A DNA stretch of 51,373 bases from Acidobacteriota bacterium (lineage in GTDB: Bacteria; Acidobacteriota; UBA6911; JACQSX01), in NCBI GenBank assembly GCA_036507075.1, contig DASXQR010000013.1, positions 1-51,373 of the forward strand, read 5' to 3'. Below the pieces are notes generated by a model. That model was not told the origin of the DNA, searched no databases, and worked only from the letters and a program-made list of their open reading frames with translations. How positions within the stretch are numbered: position 1 is the first letter of the stretch; every line of letters begins with the position of its first letter. Both the position numbers and the translations under genes were made by a program. Below, one piece after another: positions 26,903-36,571 of the stretch.

Positions 26903-28108
26903 ATGCCTCCCACAAACAGCTACAACGCGCACAAGCCGCCGTCGCCCGGCGGTGAACGGATCGGTGGCCCTTCCGAGTGGATTCATCAATGTGTCGGCCG
27001 TGTGGAAGCCTTCTGGCAGCGCGTAACAGAAGGCTTGGAGCTGCAGGAACTGTGGAGGCGTTTCAAGGCGGAGGCGCATGCCAGCTATGCGTTGTACTCC
27101 AAAGAGGTGGATTGGGAATCCTTCAAGAAGGAGTCTCGTGCAAGACGGCTGTTAAAGATCGGACGCGCTCTGTTCTGGGCGATGATCTTGAAGCTGTCAC
27201 CGGCTCGACGTGTTTTTCTCCTTTTGGGACTCGCGCTGCTGGCCCTGGCACTGGCCGGAGGCTGGTCGTCTCGCGGGTCTTCAGGACCTGCGATCCTTCT
27301 CTCGGCTGGATCGCTGTTGCTGCTGTTGGCCCTCGAACTTGCCGATCGCGTCACGATGAAGCGGGACCTGGAAATCGCCCGCGAGATCCAGCATTGGCTC
27401 GTGCCCGAAGTTCCTCCCGAGGCGCCGGGTGTCGATATTGCTTTTGCAACGCGTCCAGCCAATACAGTTGCCGGCGATTACTATGATGCCTTTCTTCGCA
27501 CTGCCGACACGGGCACCTCCACGCCTGGCCGCCTGCTGCTGGCGGTGGCCGATGTGGCCGGCAAAGGCGTCCCTGCCGCGTTGCTTATGGCTACGTTCCA
27601 GGCCAGTCTGCACACTCTTGCCGGAGCGCCGACATCGCTGCTCGATCTGGTAGCCGGGCTGAATCGCTACGCTTGCGCGCATAGTCTGGGCGGGCAGCGC
27701 TTTACCACGGCCTTCCTTGCGGAATTGGATCCGGTCACCCGCACGCTCAGTTACATCAACGCCGGTCACAACGCGCCTGTTCTGCGCCGGGTGTCCGGCG
27801 GAATTGAGCGGCTGGAAGCGGGCGGGTTGCCGCTGGGAATCAGGTCACAGACGCGCTACGACTCGGGAACGACGACACTCGATCGTGGCGATCTGCTGGT
27901 GATTTTTACCGACGGCCTGGTCGAGGCCGAAAGCGAGAGTGGAGCTGAATATGGCGATCTGCGGCTGTTTGACGTATTGAAAGAAATACCCGATGGCAGC
28001 GCCTCACAACAGTTGCAACGCCTCATGGATTCGGTGGACAGCTTCGTTGGCCATGCACGGCAGCATGATGATATTACCTGTCTGATCTTGCTGGTGGAAT
28101 CCGGTTAG
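26903..28108 (+). CDS. Membrane-anchored PP2C/SpoIIE (RsbU-like) phosphatase
   Basis: DLEIAREIQ, VAGDYYD, VADVAGKG, YINAGH, IFTDGLVEA, QHDDIT; two TM helices. ATG 26903 is used because the longer ORF translates the repeat. Confidence 0.92.
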   Translation: MPPTNSYNAHKPPSPGGERIGGPSEWIHQCVGRVEAFWQRVTEGLELQELWRRFKAEAHASYALYSKEVDWESFKKESRARRLLKIGRALFWAMILKLSPARRVFLLLGLALLALALAGGWSSRGSSGPAILLSAGSLLLLLALELADRVTMKRDLEIAREIQHWLVPEVPPEAPGVDIAFATRPANTVAGDYYDAFLRTADTGTSTPGRLLLAVADVAGKGVPAALLMATFQASLHTLAGAPTSLLDLVAGLNRYACAHSLGGQRFTTAFLAELDPVTRTLSYINAGHNAPVLRRVSGGIERLEAGGLPLGIRSQTRYDSGTTTLDRGDLLVIFTDGLVEAESESGAEYGDLRLFDVLKEIPDGSASQQLQRLMDSVDSFVGHARQHDDITCLILLVESG

Positions 28109-28180
28109 TACTTAATTCCAAAAATCCGGGTAAGATTTCTTTCACCACAAAGACACAAAGGACACAAAGTAGTGCGCTGG
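28106..28180 (+). repeat. About 75-bp dispersed element beginning at a TAG stop codon (copy 1)
   Basis: TAGTACTTAATTCCAAAAATCCGGG...TTCACCACAAAGACACAAAGGACACAAAGTA matches the reverse complement of 35332-35406. Confidence 0.88.
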
Positions 28181-30337
28181 TCAGGGCAGCGCGAATGCGA
28201 TAAAGGCATCTCCTGAGGTTTTGTCGAGCAGGTCTCGTACCCGGTTGCCTGCGCCTCCACCGGCGGCGACAACAATATACTGTTTGCCCTTGACTGCGTA
28301 GGTGGCCGGCGTGGCCATGCCGCCGGCCGGCAAATCAGTCTCCCAGAGAATTTTGCCAGTCGCTTTGTCGAAAGCGCGGAATTTTCGATCCTTGGACGCA
28401 CCAATAAATACCAGTCCGCCGGCCGTTACGATGCAGCCTCCGAATGTCTCCGTTCCGCTGTGCCGAACGCCGCGCGCTTTCAACTGCGGAACCTCTCCCA
28501 GCGGGACGCGCCAGAGGAATTCACCGCTGTTGAGATCCACCGCGTTGAGCGTCGCCCAGGGAGGTTTAATTGCCGGATACCCTTCATCGTCGAGGAAGCG
28601 GTAATAACCGGTAAAAACGTACTTATAGGGATACGGCCGGCCGATCCTGGACTGATAACTGCGCGCCGTCTGAATCTCCTCGCCTGAAAGAAACGCGACC
28701 AGCGCTGTCTTTTCATCCGGCGTGAAGCCGAAGGCGGGCATCCTTCCGCGCCCCTTCTCAATCAACTGCAACATGGCTCGGCTGCTCAAACCGGGGCGGA
28801 TCGGCTCGAGCGAAGAACCGCGCGTCTTCTCGCGCTGGATTTGAAGGCCATGACAACTGGCGCAGTGCAATTGGTAAAGGCTCTTGCCTAGTGGAATCCG
28901 GCCTTCCGCCAGCGGCTCAATTTTTTTCATGGTCACAACGAAGGGAATCTCATTCACGTTTGCGTACAGAACGCCGGTAGTCGGGTCAAACGCGGCTCCG
29001 TGCCAATTGACGCCTCCGTGGTATCCGGGGAAGACAACGGTGCCTTCTTCGCTCGGCGGGGTAAAGATGCCGGTGGAGTGAAGCTGGCGCAGGCGCCTGC
29101 GCACATAATTGGAACCTGTTTTGGAGATGTTCGTGATTTCTTTTTCCGTGAAAGCGTTACGGGTGAGCGGCGGCGGCTTGAGCGGGAACGGTTGTGTCGG
29201 CCAGGCCTGCTCGCCTTCCAGTTGCGACGGCGGCACCGGCCGCTCTTCGACCGGGAAGAGCGGCTGCCCGGTATCTCTGTCCAAGACAAAAATCAATCCC
29301 GTTTTTGTTACCTGCGCAACGGCGTCGACCGCCTTGCCATCGTGATTGACTGTGACCAGATTAGGGGGACAGGGCAGATCATAATCCCAGATGTCGTGAT
29401 GCACCGTCTGAAAATGCCACGCGCGCGCGCCGGTGGATGCGTTGAGCGCAAGGACGCAATTTCCGAAGAGATTTTGCCCCTTGCGATCACCGCCGTAGAA
29501 ATCGAAGGTCGGCGATCCCGTGGAAACGAAGACCATTCCACGCTCCGGGTCAACTGTCATGCCTCCCCAGTTGTTTGCGCCGCCGGCCTTCTGCCATGAA
29601 TCGCTCTCCCATGTCTCATATCCAAATTCGCCCGGGTGAGGGATGGTGTGGAATGCCCAGGCGCGTTTTCCGGTGCGGATGTCATATGCCTGAATGTGGC
29701 CCGGAGCGGCAGGTTGCGGGCCTTCACCGACGCTGGAACCGAGTATGATCAGGTCGCGATAAACCACGCCGGGAGTGGTGACTTTGAAATCCGCTCCACC
29801 AATGTCGCGGTCCAGTCCAAGCCTCAAATCGACTTTTCCTTCGGCGCCAAAATCCGTGACGGGCTTTCCCGTGCGGGCATCAAGTGAGTACAGGTAAGAC
29901 CCGGCGGTAAGAAGGATTCGCTTCACCTCGCCGCTTTCCCAGTAGGTAACTCCGCGACTCACTCCTCGCGCGGCGCTTCCACTGAACGCGTCAAAGCGCC
30001 AAATCTCAGATCCTGTCGCCGCATCAAGGGCGATCACCTTGAGGGCGGGAGAGGTCAGGTACATGATGCCGTCCACCACGATGGGACTGCATTCGATCGT
30101 GGAGGGGGGGTCGATCCGGTTGTCGAGAGTGTGATACACCCATGCAACCTTAAGCCGGTTTACGTTGGTTCGATCGATTTGATCGAGAGACGAATAGCGG
30201 CTGCCGCTCGAGTCACCGCCGTACACCCGCCACCCGTCATATCCACCCGGTTTGAGGTCACGCGGAGAAACCGCGGTCATCCCGGAGAACGCGGTCAGTA
30301 GAACGCCGAAAATTGAGAGCCTCTGCAAATCAATCAT
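28181..30337 (-). CDS. PQQ-dependent glucose/quinate-type dehydrogenase with internal cytochrome c domain
   Basis: W..YGGD...SRYSSLDQI, GGANNWG, HFQTVHHDIWDYD, FPGYHGGVNW, CASCH...MP, PAIKPPW, ATPATY..GKQYIVVAAGGG. Confidence 0.92.
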   Translation of the reverse strand: MIDLQRLSIFGVLLTAFSGMTAVSPRDLKPGGYDGWRVYGGDSSGSRYSSLDQIDRTNVNRLKVAWVYHTLDNRIDPPSTIECSPIVVDGIMYLTSPALKVIALDAATGSEIWRFDAFSGSAARGVSRGVTYWESGEVKRILLTAGSYLYSLDARTGKPVTDFGAEGKVDLRLGLDRDIGGADFKVTTPGVVYRDLIILGSSVGEGPQPAAPGHIQAYDIRTGKRAWAFHTIPHPGEFGYETWESDSWQKAGGANNWGGMTVDPERGMVFVSTGSPTFDFYGGDRKGQNLFGNCVLALNASTGARAWHFQTVHHDIWDYDLPCPPNLVTVNHDGKAVDAVAQVTKTGLIFVLDRDTGQPLFPVEERPVPPSQLEGEQAWPTQPFPLKPPPLTRNAFTEKEITNISKTGSNYVRRRLRQLHSTGIFTPPSEEGTVVFPGYHGGVNWHGAAFDPTTGVLYANVNEIPFVVTMKKIEPLAEGRIPLGKSLYQLHCASCHGLQIQREKTRGSSLEPIRPGLSSRAMLQLIEKGRGRMPAFGFTPDEKTALVAFLSGEEIQTARSYQSRIGRPYPYKYVFTGYYRFLDDEGYPAIKPPWATLNAVDLNSGEFLWRVPLGEVPQLKARGVRHSGTETFGGCIVTAGGLVFIGASKDRKFRAFDKATGKILWETDLPAGGMATPATYAVKGKQYIVVAAGGGAGNRVRDLLDKTSGDAFIAFALP

Positions 30338-30417
30338 TGCCGCCTATTGTACGTCGGTCGCATTCCCAGGTTACGCCTAATATGTACCAGATCTCACAGT
30401 GATTAAAACACTGCGGA

Positions 30418-31830
30418 TCACTGCGTGGCGCGGCTCAGTTCTACGCCCTTTGTGGTGACGTAGTACTTGGCCAGCATGTTGGGCTTCTCCCAGATGGGGA
30501 GCGCTTTTCGGTTCTTCAAATACTCAAGAAACTTGCCGGTTACCTGGGCGAAATGGGCTTCGTGCCCGACTCGGTATTTGTCGGGAATGGCAAGGAGCAG
30601 GTCCCGGCCCTGGTCCTGAACGTCGATACCGGGATACTTCGACTGAAGAGATTCCACTTTCCTCTTTAGAGCCGCGAGCACACCGGCCTTTCCAGCAGCG
30701 CTGCCGGGCACAACGTAAAGCTCAGGTCGGAAGTTCTGTTCTTTGCCCTGCCGCACTTCCAGCCGTGACTTTGTTCCATTGAATGCGGCAAAGTGGGTGT
30801 CACCGCCTGCAGCGGCCTCGTAGCTCCACAGCACGTTCAACCCCGTATAAATGCCGCGCAGGGTGTAATTGACACTGTTGTTGCAATAGTATTCAAACCG
30901 ACCGTCTTTCACACCGGCCTGCAGGTAATCGGGGAAATCAGCCTCGCCCGTCACTCGTTTGAACTCCGCTTTGGTCATAACAGTCGGCCAGCGCTTCGCG
31001 GAAAGCACGCTGATATCTTTGCGGTAATCAACGGCCTGCTCCGGAAAAAGCATCCACTGCACCAGGTCAACCAGATGCGTGCCCACATCGGCCAGGGCTT
31101 CTCCCTGCTGGCTGATATCAAAGAACCATACCGGGCGCAAGTTCGGCGCACCCGCCACCATCTTCATTATGTAATGTACGCTTTCCATGCGCACGCCCGG
31201 CTCCTGTTCGGTTCCCGGCACAATCGCGCCGAAGGTACCCGGGTCATGAATCAGCTCCCTTTGAAGCATGGTCGTGATTTCGAAGCGCTCGGTCATGATG
31301 TCATAGGCAACCAGCCCTTTGCGGTCCGCTTCGTCCAGGGCCGTTTCCAACTTCGGCAGGCCGGCCGGAGTGATAATCCACGGCTTGTCTGCCAGCACAT
31401 TAAGCCCGGCGTCTACTGATGCTTTAATACGATCGATCTTCCCTTGATTGCGTCCCGATATCACCACGACGTTACCACGGCGTTCCTTCAGCATCCGATC
31501 GAGGAAGTCCGGGCCGGTATGGATATCGAGCTCCCAGGAAGTAGGATTCTCTTTTCGCGTGTTGAATCGAAAAATGCGGTTGAGATGTTCGATCAGATCC
31601 GATCCGAGCGGCGCGTAAACTGCGACCTTACTGGACACCCCTGGATACATCTCCTTTTGAACCAGCGATGCATGAAAGTGGCCGGGATCGAGCGTGATCA
31701 GTTTTACCTCTGCCATACGATTGCCTTCTTGCGGCGCTCTTGAAGTGTATGGCGCTGCGAAAGCGACCAGACCCGCCGAGACAAGCAATGCCAGCCCCAA
31801 TTGGGCACCTGGGAAAATTACGTTACGCAA
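30418..31830 (-). CDS. Putative exported oxidoreductase (Gfo/Idh/MocA-like)
   Basis: [45 protein letters not shown]; signal-like N-terminus. Confidence 0.82.
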   Translation of the reverse strand: MRNVIFPGAQLGLALLVSAGLVAFAAPYTSRAPQEGNRMAEVKLITLDPGHFHASLVQKEMYPGVSSKVAVYAPLGSDLIEHLNRIFRFNTRKENPTSWELDIHTGPDFLDRMLKERRGNVVVISGRNQGKIDRIKASVDAGLNVLADKPWIITPAGLPKLETALDEADRKGLVAYDIMTERFEITTMLQRELIHDPGTFGAIVPGTEQEPGVRMESVHYIMKMVAGAPNLRPVWFFDISQQGEALADVGTHLVDLVQWMLFPEQAVDYRKDISVLSAKRWPTVMTKAEFKRVTGEADFPDYLQAGVKDGRFEYYCNNSVNYTLRGIYTGLNVLWSYEAAAGGDTHFAAFNGTKSRLEVRQGKEQNFRPELYVVPGSAAGKAGVLAALKRKVESLQSKYPGIDVQDQGRDLLLAIPDKYRVGHEAHFAQVTGKFLEYLKNRKALPIWEKPNMLAKYYVTTKGVELSRATQ

Positions 31831-31929
31831 AGTTGCCTCCTCTCGATGAGTCAGCCACAGAGGGCGCGGATCTGTCAGCCGCGGATCTGCGCGAGTGCCA
31901 CGGATATGCCAGCCGCGGATCGAAAGCGT

Positions 31930-32676
31930 TTATAGATCCAGGGAACCGTCCGTCATCATTTTACTGATCTTGAAGGAGGCCTTGATTCCTAATTTCTTCG
32001 CCTGGGTTACAAACTGGACTTCTTCATCCTCCAGGTCGAAGACCGGTTTTCCATTCAGGGTGCGGGGAAAGGAAAACAAGGCGATGCCGTCTTTCCGGTC
32101 TCTGGGAGCCGTGTAATTGCTTAGCTGCAGCTTCTTGCTCTTGTCCTTTTTGGATAACAGGAAGGTATTGTTCTTCAGATTCTCCAAGTTTACCTGATCA
32201 AAAGAATCCATCACAGGCGCCAGCACACAGATCAGGTAGTCCTTCATGGGTTCCTGCACAAATCTGTTGACTTCCTCTTCGGGAGCATTTCCCTGGAGTT
32301 GACCCAGCCGTCCCAAAGCCTGGCGAATCCTTCTGGAGGAGTACCACCGGACATAGACGGGGATTGAATCGCGGTCGCTGAAGTTTACCCCTGCCCGGGA
32401 AATCCCGGATCCGCTGGTCTGCCCCGGTCCCACGATTGGTGGCAGATCGCTTGCCCGGCTGCTGGGAGACCGTCCCTCAAGCAACACACTCCCCAGCACA
32501 ACCTGGGTCCGCGCCCAGGGAGATTCCGAGAGCAGCGCTAAAGCCTCTTTTTCCGACCACTGAGTGAACGGCTTTGCTTCCCAAAAATCTTTGGCCCACA
32601 AGACGGAAAGTGACATCATCCCGACGATCGAGACCAGCCAGGCTGTTTTGTGTGTTTGTCTTGTCTTTCGCATCAT
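31930..32676 (-). CDS. Hypothetical exported protein
   Basis: ATG 32676 after GAAGGAGG; signal peptide followed by FWEAKPFTQWSEKEALALLSESPWA. Confidence 0.8.
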   Translation of the reverse strand: MMRKTRQTHKTAWLVSIVGMMSLSVLWAKDFWEAKPFTQWSEKEALALLSESPWARTQVVLGSVLLEGRSPSSRASDLPPIVGPGQTSGSGISRAGVNFSDRDSIPVYVRWYSSRRIRQALGRLGQLQGNAPEEEVNRFVQEPMKDYLICVLAPVMDSFDQVNLENLKNNTFLLSKKDKSKKLQLSNYTAPRDRKDGIALFSFPRTLNGKPVFDLEDEEVQFVTQAKKLGIKASFKISKMMTDGSLDL

Positions 32677-32733
32677 CAGCCCTCCTTCAAGATAGTAGCA
32701 CCCTGCGCTGGCCTTGGAACCTGTGAAAAATCC

Positions 32734-32870
32734 ACCGCGAAGGCGCGAATACGCGAAAGGAAAAGTTACTGTAGTCTTCCGAGCGGCCAGAACCCCTGAC
32801 ATTTTCAGTACTAAGTCTATCTGGGTAGCCATGAAATCTCACTTATTTCGCGCCATCGCGCCTTCGCGGT
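32734..32870. repeat. Inverted repeat pair (25-bp arms) between divergent genes
   Basis: ACCGCGAAGGCGCGAATACGCGAAA ... TTTCGCGCCATCGCGCCTTCGCGGT. Confidence 0.8.
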
Positions 32871-32923
32871 TCCGGCTCCGAGCGCGTTTTGAGATAATGA
32901 ACGAACTCAAAGGGAGGTGCCCT

Positions 32924-34192
32924 ATGACATCCAAAATCAACCGCCGAAATTTCCTCACAGCCGCCGGAGCCACAACCCTGACCGCGCTGGGACCTGCTGC
33001 CCGGGCAGTGCGTGCCAATAACAAAGTTACCCTCGCCATCATCGGCATGGGTGGCCGCGGAAACAGCCTTGCCTCAACATTCAGCCAGCAGCCCGGCGTC
33101 GAGATTGCTTATCTGTGCGATGTCGATCGGCATCGCGCCGAGAAAGCGGCGACTGCGTTGAAGGCGACTCCTGCGCCCCGCACGGCGACCGACTTCCGGC
33201 GCGTCCTGGACGACCGGAGCGTCGACGCGGTTGTGATTGCCACCTGCAATCACTGGCATGCGCCGATATCGATCCTGGCCTGCGCCGCCGGAAAGCATGT
33301 CTATGTTGAAAAACCGTGCTGCCACAATCCGCGCGAGGGAGAAATGATGGTGGCCGCGGCGCGCAAACACCAGCGGCTCGTCCAGATGGGCAACCAGCGC
33401 CGCAGCTCGCCGCTGGTTATCGAAGCAATCGACCTGGCAAGAAGCGGGGCGATCGGGCGCGTGTATTACGCTCAAGCCTGGTACACAAACAATCGACCTT
33501 CGATTGGGCGCGGCAAATCGGTGCCGGTGCCGGAAGGCCTGGACTATGCTCTCTGGCAGGGCCCGGCTCCGCGACGGCCGTTCCACGACAATTATCTTCA
33601 TTACAACTGGCACTGGTTCTGGCACTGGGGCAATGGAGAGCTGGGAAACAATGGTGTTCATACCATCGATCTCTGCCGCTGGGCCCTGGCTGTCGATTAC
33701 CCATCGCACGTCACCTCGAGCGGAGGACGCTTTCGGTATGTGGATGATCAGGAGACGCCTGATACTAATATCGTCTCCTTCACCTTTGCCGATGGAAAAA
33801 CAATTCGGTGGGAAGGGCTGAGCTGCAATCGGATGCCGCAGGGCAGGGCGGCCGACGTCCTGCTGCATGGCGAAAACGGGATCATCGCTCTACAGGGGCG
33901 TGAGTACATCATCTATGACGCCGCCGGCAAGGAAGTAAGACGAAACAGTGGCAGCGAAAATGACGGACTTCATGCCGCCAACTTCCTTGAAGCCGTCCGC
34001 GGCAACGGCAAGCTTACAAGCGAGATTGAAGAGGGGCACAAGAGTACACTGCTGTGTCACATCGGCAATATCGCTTATCGCACCGGGCACGCCGTGCGCT
34101 GCGACCCCAAGACGGGCCGGATCGCCAACGACAAGGAAGCAATGGCTCTCTGGACACGGGAGTACGAAAAAGGCTGGGAGCCGAGGGTTTGA
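32924..34192 (+). CDS. Gfo/Idh/MocA family oxidoreductase, Tat signal
   Basis: NRRNFL, AIIGMGGRG, NHWH, GKHVYVEKP, HYNWHW; ATG 32924 after GGGAGGTG. Confidence 0.93.
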   Translation: MTSKINRRNFLTAAGATTLTALGPAARAVRANNKVTLAIIGMGGRGNSLASTFSQQPGVEIAYLCDVDRHRAEKAATALKATPAPRTATDFRRVLDDRSVDAVVIATCNHWHAPISILACAAGKHVYVEKPCCHNPREGEMMVAAARKHQRLVQMGNQRRSSPLVIEAIDLARSGAIGRVYYAQAWYTNNRPSIGRGKSVPVPEGLDYALWQGPAPRRPFHDNYLHYNWHWFWHWGNGELGNNGVHTIDLCRWALAVDYPSHVTSSGGRFRYVDDQETPDTNIVSFTFADGKTIRWEGLSCNRMPQGRAADVLLHGENGIIALQGREYIIYDAAGKEVRRNSGSENDGLHAANFLEAVRGNGKLTSEIEEGHKSTLLCHIGNIAYRTGHAVRCDPKTGRIANDKEAMALWTREYEKGWEPRV

Positions 34193-34201
34193 AGCGGAAG
34201 T

Positions 34202-34413
34202 CGGAATGCGGAATGGGGAATGCGGAATGGGGAATGACTCGAATGCGGAATGGGGAATGCGGAATGCGGAATACGTCCGGCCTGTATTTCCTAAGCTGAG
34301 ATCAAAACAAAATCCTATTCCGCATTCTGCATTCCCAATTCCGCATTCGAGTCATTCCGCATTCCCAATTCCGCATTCGAGTCATTCCGCATTCGAGTCA
34401 TTCCGCATTCGAA
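34202..34413 (+). repeat. Heptamer-armed hairpin element (GGAATGC/GGAATGG arms), copy C
   Basis: Direct heptamers at 34202-34272, a core of about 44 nt, then complementary ATTCCGC heptamers at 34317-34413. Confidence 0.9.
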
Positions 34414-35055
34414 TCACTCATATCTCAATGATGCCAGCGGGTCCACTCGAGATGCTCTTCGGGCGGGAAGGTAGCCCGCCAAAGCGGCAACCACGGCAAT
34501 CAATAACATCGCTCCTGCAAATGTAGAAGGGTCGGTGGGAGTCAGTCCAAACAGCACACTCGAAATGAGGCGAGATGCTCCCATGGCCAGCACAGCCCCT
34601 ATGATTATCCCTGTGACCGCCGTCAGCAGCGTTTCTCGCATCACCATCCAAACGACCTGGGCTGATCGCGCGCCCAGCGCCATGCGAACGGCGATCTCAC
34701 CGGTTCGATGCGCCACTGTGTACGCCAAGATTCCGTAGAGACCGACCGCCGCAAGAAGCAGTGCCACCAGGCCGAAAAAGCTGGAAAGCGTGGCAAGCAG
34801 GCGCTCCTGGATCAAGGCCGCGTCCAGCTCGGCGGCCAGCGTCCGCACTTGAAAGGCAGGCAGCTCTTTATCAACAGCCTGAATCTCATGCTGGACTTGC
34901 CGCATCACAGCGTCTGTCTGTCCTGAAACGTGAACGTGAAGAACCATCTGGCCCCGCCCGGTGTTCGCATGAAGAAAAGGTTGATACATCACGCTTGCCG
35001 CCTGTTTGCGAAAGTTTCTATACTTTGCGTCTTTGACCACGCCGATGACCTGACA
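34414..35055 (-). pseudogene. MacB/FtsX-type (ADOP-like) ABC permease, C-terminal fragment
   Basis: VIGVVKDAKY, ERLLATLS, LAAVGLYGILAY.V..RTGEIAVRMALGA, YLPARRASRVDP..SLRYE. Only about 210 aa remain, with no N-terminal TM or periplasmic region. Confidence 0.82.
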
Positions 35056-35331
35056 CAGCATTCCGCACAAAGTATTCAAAGAAGCAAGAATTTGGCCAGC
35101 AGCGGCTCCGTCTCTTAAGTTCTTGCGACAAAAGATTTATTTGGCGATTGGCGGAAGTACTTAGAGTGCCTCGGCTGTTCGAATCCGAGATTACGTCGTA
35201 CCGATTTCGAACAATCACATAAAATGACTCATAAGCGGATTAAGATCTGGCGCACTGGAACTGGCTCGAGAGAATGAAACTCGAGAAAGCTTGAGCAGAA
35301 TCCCGAATCCCGAATGCGGAACCGGACTCTG

Positions 35332-35406
35332 CCAGCACCTTACTTTGTGTCCTTTGTGTCTTTGTGGTGAAAAGATTCCTGCTCGGATTTCTGGAATTAA
35401 GTTCTA
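35332..35406 (-). repeat. About 75-bp dispersed element beginning at a TAG stop codon (copy 2)
   Basis: Minus strand reads TAGAACTTAATTCCAGAAATCCGAG...TTCACCACAAAGACACAAAGGACACAAAGTA. Confidence 0.88.
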
Positions 35407-36507
35407 GCCCTTGATGCGCTTCAAGGCCTTTTTGGCCTCCTCGTAATTGGGCTTTTGGCGCACGGCGGTTTCCACTTCGGCGATCGCTTCGGATTTTCGG
35501 CCCTGCTTTTCCATCAGCAGGCCGAGGATCAGATGCGCAACGGCCGGGGGCGGTGCGTTCGGTTCCGGCTCCTGGGAGAGGCATTTGCGAAGATAGCGTT
35601 CGGCGCGCGGAAAATCCTTGCCTTCGACGAACAGGGCGTTTCCGGCCTGCAGATAGGGATTCAAATTGTCCGGCACGGCGGCTTCGGCGCGCAAAAGCAG
35701 CTCCTCGAGTTCGGAAATCCGCTGCTGGTGCGCCAGAGCGGCGGCCAGAAGACTGTACGGCGCGCCACGGTCGGGTTCGATCTTCAAAGCATCACGCGCG
35801 TACTTCTCCGCCAGATCGTAGCGCTTGCGCGCGTCGGATCGATAAAACGAGGCAAGGCTGATCAGGGCGCGGTAATTGCGGGGATTGGCTTGAATACACC
35901 TCAGATAGTTCTGTTCCATGCCGGCCGGATCATTTTCCTCATCGGCCAGCAACGCCTTTGCGAAGTAACCCTGATCGGCGCTGCGCGCCACCAACTCATC
36001 GGCCATGGAGTGAGCTTTCTTCTTGTCGCCTCCCATGATTCCGGGCGCGTTCACATAAAACATCATCAGCCCCAGGCGCGACTCGAAGTGATTCGGATCA
36101 ATAGACAGGGCCGCCTCAATTTCCTTTTTGAATCGAGGCCCGACCCGCATTTTGGTAAACAAACCGGCGCGCTTGGCCACTTCCCCGCATGAGCGGGCAA
36201 GCTGGAAGCGGTAGTCGGCATTCCGCGGGTTCAGCGCCACGGCTCGCTCCGCCTCCTTGACTGCGGCATCGTAGTCGCCCCAGGTCATTTTGATCCGGGA
36301 AAGCAGATAGTGCGCCTCTGCATCGTTGGCGTTTGCGCGCAGCAGAAGCTCGACTGCCGCCCGCGCCCGCTTCCAGTGTCCGTCCTCGGCCAGATCCCGC
36401 GGCGAAGAATCAGCACCGACCTGACGGGTAACCAGCAGGCACAAACCGAAAGTGATAAGGACTCCGGCGGGCACCGCGATCTGCCGGTGTTTTGAAATCA
36501 ACATCAT
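35404..36507 (-). CDS. Exported tetratricopeptide-repeat protein
   Basis: Signal-like N-terminus; repeated A..LNP.NA-type TPR motifs; APGIMGGD. ATG 36507 or 36504. Confidence 0.88.
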   Translation of the reverse strand: MMLISKHRQIAVPAGVLITFGLCLLVTRQVGADSSPRDLAEDGHWKRARAAVELLLRANANDAEAHYLLSRIKMTWGDYDAAVKEAERAVALNPRNADYRFQLARSCGEVAKRAGLFTKMRVGPRFKKEIEAALSIDPNHFESRLGLMMFYVNAPGIMGGDKKKAHSMADELVARSADQGYFAKALLADEENDPAGMEQNYLRCIQANPRNYRALISLASFYRSDARKRYDLAEKYARDALKIEPDRGAPYSLLAAALAHQQRISELEELLLRAEAAVPDNLNPYLQAGNALFVEGKDFPRAERYLRKCLSQEPEPNAPPPAVAHLILGLLMEKQGRKSEAIAEVETAVRQKPNYEEAKKALKRIKG

Positions 36508-36571
36508 GCTCTCAAGACGCAAGATCTTATCGAAAAAGCAGGAAGTCACGAAAAAGAAACCAGGGCGAATA

